From positions 4,416,001 through 4,480,000 of the forward strand of contig OY764216.1 in NCBI GenBank assembly GCA_963668315.1: a stretch of 64,000 bases of DNA, given 5' to 3'. This stretch comes from Spirochaetia bacterium (lineage in GTDB: Bacteria; Spirochaetota; Spirochaetia; DSM-2461). Positions 59,461 to 64,000 of the stretch are shown in pieces. Positions within the stretch are counted from its first letter, which is position 1; every line of letters starts with the position of its first letter. Under the pieces are notes generated by a model, which ran no database searches, was not told where the DNA came from, and saw only the letters and a list, made by a program, of their open reading frames with translations. The translations under genes were made by a program, and so were the position numbers.

Positions 59461-60211
59461 TGTTGTCGTTTGCGAGGATGAGGATATTATCAGAAAGGGA
59501 TTGCTCTTCAGTTTCGACTTTCAAAGTCTAAACTTGAATGTGATGGCAGATTTCTATAATCCGGTCGCCTGCCTGGAGTATCTGGCTGATCATCCCGTGG
59601 ATATTCTGATTACCGATATAAAAATGCCGCTTATGAGCGGTTTGGAAATGATCAGCAGAATTGAAGATAAATCCAGTCTTGAATTTATAATATTAAGCGG
59701 TTACAGCGATTTTGAATATGCAAAACAGGCCATATCCCATGGAGTCACGGAATATCTGGTAAAACCCTTAAATCATGACTTGCTGAAAGTATCATTGGAA
59801 AAAGCCATTACTAATCTGAGCGATAAAAAACTATTGAAAAACGTTAAACATCAAATGAGAGACTTAACTGAAGTGTACAAGGATATTCCTTCCGAAGATG
59901 CCTTACTGCAGTCTATCATTTCTTTTATTAAAAAGAATTACATGAGGAAAATCGGCTTAAATGATGTAGCAGAAGCCTTAAACTACAGCGTTTCCTCCAT
60001 AAAAAATAAGCTAAAAGACAATAACCTGACATTCAATACGACTTTAAATCATTATAGAATATATAAATCAATTCAATTAATAAGCCTCAACGAATCACCG
60101 GTTTATCAAATTGCGCAGATGGTCGGGTTCAGTGATTACAAATACTTTTCGGCAAAATTTAAGAATTACACAGGATACTCCGTCACTGAATTAGTTCAAA
60201 AAACACGATAA
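59453..60211 (+). CDS. YesN-like response regulator (receiver plus AraC)
   Basis: CEDE, DILITDIKMP, LSGYSDFEYA, YLVKP, VGFSDYKYFS; ATG at 59453. Confidence 0.92.
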   Translation: MFNVVVCEDEDIIRKGLLFSFDFQSLNLNVMADFYNPVACLEYLADHPVDILITDIKMPLMSGLEMISRIEDKSSLEFIILSGYSDFEYAKQAISHGVTEYLVKPLNHDLLKVSLEKAITNLSDKKLLKNVKHQMRDLTEVYKDIPSEDALLQSIISFIKKNYMRKIGLNDVAEALNYSVSSIKNKLKDNNLTFNTTLNHYRIYKSIQLISLNESPVYQIAQMVGFSDYKYFSAKFKNYTGYSVTELVQKTR

Positions 60212-60315
60212 TCTGCCACAATTAGCTTTTTTTCACCTAATGTTTATCTTTTCTTGGTATATCGCGCTGCAAATTACAATAGTAGAATTAATTATATTCA
60301 TACAGGGAGTCGAAA

Positions 60316-61359
60316 ATGAAAAAAATTCTAATGATGACAATCGCAGCATTTCTGTTTATTAGCTTTAATGCTTTCTCTACAGGATCTCAGGATGATGGCG
60401 ACAACGGAGGGGCACTGGAAGAGCAAAAATTGATTGTGTATTCGCCTAACTCTGAAGGTCTTCTGAACGCCGTTGAAAAGCCCTTCGAAGAAAAATACGG
60501 CATCAAAGTGGAAATCATTTCTGCCGGTACAGGAGAATGTCTGAAACGCATCGAATCCGAACAGAACGATCCCCAGGGCGATGTCATGTATGGCGGAAGT
60601 TATGCCACAATCGTGGGCCGGAGAGATCTTTGGGCAGATTATGTCAGTAAAAATGATTCCAAACTGGAACCGGCATTTCAGAATGACAGCGGTTATGTTA
60701 CCAAAAACACACTGGACGGCAGCGTTATCGTTGTGAACAAGACGAAACTGGCGGAAAAACTGCCTGGCGTGACCATTACCGGATACGAAGATATCATCAG
60801 ATACGGCTCTCAGCTGGAGGGTCAGATTGTTTCCGGAGACCCGGCCAAATCTTCAAGTTCATTTGCCCATTTGACAAATATGCTGATCGATTTCGGCGGA
60901 TATGAAAGCGACGCAGCTTGGGATAAAGTGGCAGATATTTTCAAAAATCTGAAAGTATTGGGTTCCAGTTCAGCCGTGTGGAAAGGTGTGAGAGACGGTG
61001 AATATACGATCGGTCTATCCTATGAAGATCCTTGCCTTACGCTGATCAATGACGGCGCGGATGTAGAAGTTGTCTATATGAAGGAAGGCGTGGTCTTCCT
61101 CCCGGCCGGTTGTGCCATAATCAAAGATTGCAAGCATCCGGAAGCGGCCAAACTTTTTATGGATTTTATTACGTCTAAGGAAGTTCAGGACGTATATGGA
61201 ATGACACTGACAAACAGACCGGTCTACAAAGGAGTTCAGACCGCAGATTACATGAAACCCCTCGATCAGATTAATGTGAAAATTGAAGACTCTGAATATG
61301 TAACCGCCCATAAGCAGGATCTTGTTGACAAGTACATAGACATGATCACCAGCTTCTAA
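60316..61359 (+). CDS. ABC transporter substrate-binding protein (AfuA/FbpA family)
   Basis: Signal peptide, LIVYSP, AGTGE, DVMYGG, DPAKSSS, AAKLFMDF. Confidence 0.88.
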   Translation: MKKILMMTIAAFLFISFNAFSTGSQDDGDNGGALEEQKLIVYSPNSEGLLNAVEKPFEEKYGIKVEIISAGTGECLKRIESEQNDPQGDVMYGGSYATIVGRRDLWADYVSKNDSKLEPAFQNDSGYVTKNTLDGSVIVVNKTKLAEKLPGVTITGYEDIIRYGSQLEGQIVSGDPAKSSSSFAHLTNMLIDFGGYESDAAWDKVADIFKNLKVLGSSSAVWKGVRDGEYTIGLSYEDPCLTLINDGADVEVVYMKEGVVFLPAGCAIIKDCKHPEAAKLFMDFITSKEVQDVYGMTLTNRPVYKGVQTADYMKPLDQINVKIEDSEYVTAHKQDLVDKYIDMITSF

Positions 61360-61438
61360 GACTAATCGCAAATCAACTTTTCTGTGCCTGAAGAAAGCGA
61401 TCCCTTTCATCAGGTGCAGAATAAGGGAAAAAATCAGT

Positions 61439-62512
61439 ATGAGTGTAGTAATAAACATAAAAAACGCCTTAAAAGCATACGGGAAAAATGTCATTATTCC
61501 CGACTTGTCAATAGATATCAAAGAGGGAGAATTTTTCACCCTGCTGGGTCCGTCGGGATGTGGAAAAACAACATTGTTGAGGATGATTGCAGGTTTCAAC
61601 AGCATAGAAGGGGGAAATTTTTATTTTGACGACAGGATCATCAATGATTTAGACCCGAGCAAAAGAAATATCGGTATGGTATTTCAGAATTATGCCATAT
61701 TCCCCCATTTGACAGTGCGGGAAAATGTTGAGTTTGGACTTAAAAATCGCGGTTATGCCAAAAAAGAGATTGGACCGCTTGCCGATAAATTCCTCAAATT
61801 AATACAGATTTATGAATTCAGAGACAGAATGCCGGAAATGCTGTCCGGCGGCCAGCAGCAGCGTGTTGCTCTGGCAAGAGCGCTGGTGATTATGCCGGAT
61901 GTTCTGCTGATGGATGAACCATTATCCAACCTGGATGCCAAGCTTCGCCTCGAGATGCGCCAGGCGATCAGGAATATACAGAAAGAAGTGGGTATTACGA
62001 CAGTATATGTGACCCATGATCAGGAAGAAGCCATGGCCATAAGCGATAGAATCGCCGTCATGAAATCGGGAGTGATTCAACAGATAGGCAGTCCCCAGGA
62101 TATTTACCACCGCCCTTCCAACGAATTTGTCTCCAGTTTTATCGGTCGGACCAATATCGTTCCCGCCGAATGCGAAAAAAACGAAGTGAATCTGTTAGGT
62201 CACAAAATCTTCGTAAAAAACCTGGATTACAAGGGACAGGTGAAAGTCTCGATACGGCCGGAAGAATTCATAATCACCGAAGATGAAAACGCCATTAAAG
62301 CCGTAATAAAAGACACCATTTTCTTGGGTTTGAATACGCACTATTTTATGGAATTGCCGAATAAGCAGATAGTGGAAATTATCAAAGAAAGCATGATCGG
62401 CAATACGATGGAAACGGAAAAAACCGTATACCTTACCATCAATGTGGATAAGGTAAATGTATTTACAGAAGACGGTTCAAAGAATTTGGTGATCACCAAT
62501 GAAAAACAGTAA
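61439..62512 (+). CDS. ABC transporter ATP-binding protein (AfuC/PotA-like)
   Basis: GPSGCGKT, VFQNYA, LSGGQQQRVALARA, LMDEPLSNLD, VTHDQ. Confidence 0.95.
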   Translation: MSVVINIKNALKAYGKNVIIPDLSIDIKEGEFFTLLGPSGCGKTTLLRMIAGFNSIEGGNFYFDDRIINDLDPSKRNIGMVFQNYAIFPHLTVRENVEFGLKNRGYAKKEIGPLADKFLKLIQIYEFRDRMPEMLSGGQQQRVALARALVIMPDVLLMDEPLSNLDAKLRLEMRQAIRNIQKEVGITTVYVTHDQEEAMAISDRIAVMKSGVIQQIGSPQDIYHRPSNEFVSSFIGRTNIVPAECEKNEVNLLGHKIFVKNLDYKGQVKVSIRPEEFIITEDENAIKAVIKDTIFLGLNTHYFMELPNKQIVEIIKESMIGNTMETEKTVYLTINVDKVNVFTEDGSKNLVITNEKQ

Positions 62513-64000
62513 AATTAAAGTAAACATCTGGTCTTCTTCAACTCTGGGGCTGCTGGTCTTATACTCCATATTTCTCATCATACCGCTTATCGTGCTCCTC
62601 TCCGATTCCTTTATAGATTCGAGGACCGGCCAGTTTACGCTGGCCAATTTCCAGAGATTCTTCCAGAAAAAGTACTACTATTCTACCCTGTTCAACTCTT
62701 TCAAGGTTACGGTTCTCGTTACTCTTATCGCTGTAACTCTGGGAACCGTTCTCGCATATTTCTTTGCCCGTTTTAAGATAAGAGGAGCGAAAACACTTCG
62801 AATCCTGATTATCCTATCCAGTATGTCCGCCCCCTTTGTCGGTGCCTACTCCTGGATTCTGTTATTGGGCCGGAACGGGGTTATAACCAGGTTTTTTGAA
62901 AATCTTTTTGGTATAGCCATGCCTGATATCTATGGCTTCAGAGGGATTCTGCTCGTTCTGTCCTTGCAGTTATATCCTCTTATTTTCTTATATGTTTCGG
63001 GAGCATTATCCAACGTGGACAACTCCTTACTGGAGGCATCGGAAAATCTGGGTTGCACTGGCGTTAAAAGATTCTATAAAGTGATCATACCGCTGATTTT
63101 CCCAACCGTTTTAGCGGGTGGACTACTTGTGTTTATGAGGTGCTTCAGCGATTTTGGAACACCCATGCTGATCGGTGAAGGTTACCGAACATTCCCCATA
63201 ACGATCTACGATGCCTATATGTCGGAATTGGGCGGAAACAGCGGATTCGCAGCAGGGATCGCCATAATCGCGATCATTCTCACCCTGTTCATCTTCCTTA
63301 CCCAAAAGTGGATTTCAGAAAAACACTCTTTTACCATGAACAGCATTAATAAGATAAGACCAGTGAAAATCCATGGAATACGCAACTTGTTCATTCATAT
63401 TTTTGCTTATCTTCTGATCACCCTGTCCATAGCACCCCAGGTCTATGTAATTTACACATCCTTTAAAAAAGTCAATGGAACCGTATTTACAAGCGGATAC
63501 TCATTCGAAAGTTATTTCGAAGCTTTTTCCAAGATGGGAAGCGCCATAAGAAATACGATTATAATTCCTTTGACAGCCCTGTTTTTTGTTCTGGTAATTG
63601 CCATATTTATCGCTTATCTGGTAGTCAGAAAGAAATCGAAAATTACAGCCGTCATAGATACGGTGTCCATGATCCCCTATATAATACCCGGAATCGTTGT
63701 CGGTATCGCATTGGCAAGCGCCTTCAACCGCCCCCCTCTGGTTTTAACAGGCAGCATGACGATTATGGTCATAGCCCTTATCATCAGACGATTGCCTTAC
63801 ACCATCCGTTCAAGCGTCGCCACGTTAAGGCTCATACCTACGACTGTTGAAGAAGCGGCTCTTTCATTAGGGGCGAGCAATATCAAGACCTTCTGGAAAA
63901 TAACCATTCCCATGATGTCAGCCGGAATAATTTCCGGAGCAATTCTATCATGGATAACAATGATTTCTGAATTATCTTCGGCTATTTTACTGTACACCGG
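62499..64000 (+). CDS. ABC transporter permease (AfuB/FbpB family), truncated at window end
   Basis: Not in the track; ATG at 62499 (MKNSKIKVNIW...), PPFVG-like APFVGAYSW, two EAA motifs (LLEASENLG, VEEAALSLGA), DFGTP. Confidence 0.9.
   Translation, partial: MKNSKIKVNIWSSSTLGLLVLYSIFLIIPLIVLLSDSFIDSRTGQFTLANFQRFFQKKYYYSTLFNSFKVTVLVTLIAVTLGTVLAYFFARFKIRGAKTLRILIILSSMSAPFVGAYSWILLLGRNGVITRFFENLFGIAMPDIYGFRGILLVLSLQLYPLIFLYVSGALSNVDNSLLEASENLGCTGVKRFYKVIIPLIFPTVLAGGLLVFMRCFSDFGTPMLIGEGYRTFPITIYDAYMSELGGNSGFAAGIAIIAIILTLFIFLTQKWISEKHSFTMNSINKIRPVKIHGIRNLFIHIFAYLLITLSIAPQVYVIYTSFKKVNGTVFTSGYSFESYFEAFSKMGSAIRNTIIIPLTALFFVLVIAIFIAYLVVRKKSKITAVIDTVSMIPYIIPGIVVGIALASAFNRPPLVLTGSMTIMVIALIIRRLPYTIRSSVATLRLIPTTVEEAALSLGASNIKTFWKITIPMMSAGIISGAILSWITMISELSSAILLYT

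Noticed and set aside
1..64000. CRISPR array, rRNA, tRNA, riboswitch or prophage
   Set aside because: No regularly spaced repeats, cloverleafs or phage genes were seen; a covariance-model scan would be needed to exclude small RNAs.

Overview
This is a bacterial chromosomal window. Gene content and the TPR/lipoprotein repertoire suggest a free-living Spirochaetales, though that is inference. The GC-rich left two-thirds carries a MerR-controlled flavinylated oxidoreductase (cut by the left edge), an MCP, a QorB/HxlR-like pair, pyrK-pyrD, a DtxR-family regulator divergent from a three-gene membrane redox cluster, TPR proteins, a GTPase-less SelB-like protein, an orphan N6-adenine methyltransferase, pth, malic enzyme, glpK and a five-step hut locus headed by a MarR gene. 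The methyltransferase is on the + strand; the supplied track labels it '-'. The right third is an accessory region that becomes visibly more AT-rich. It holds redox and regulator genes, a deletion-broken flavinylated reductase, a GLUG/Ig lipoprotein, a membrane AraC gene split by a 3,182-bp four-ORF transposon (TG...CA ends, CGGAG target duplication), a frameshifted MFS gene, and a YesM/N-type two-component system with an AfuABC/FbpABC-like transporter cut by the right edge. Two small non-autonomous elements and several apparently leaderless promoters were also found. No rRNA, tRNA or CRISPR array was seen. Best novelty candidates are the four-gene transposon with a stand-alone IS21-IstA-C-terminus-like ORF, the DtxR-linked cytochrome b / putative flavinylated protein / ferric reductase cluster, and the GTPase-less SelB-like protein. 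All family calls come from motif recognition by eye; no database search was run.
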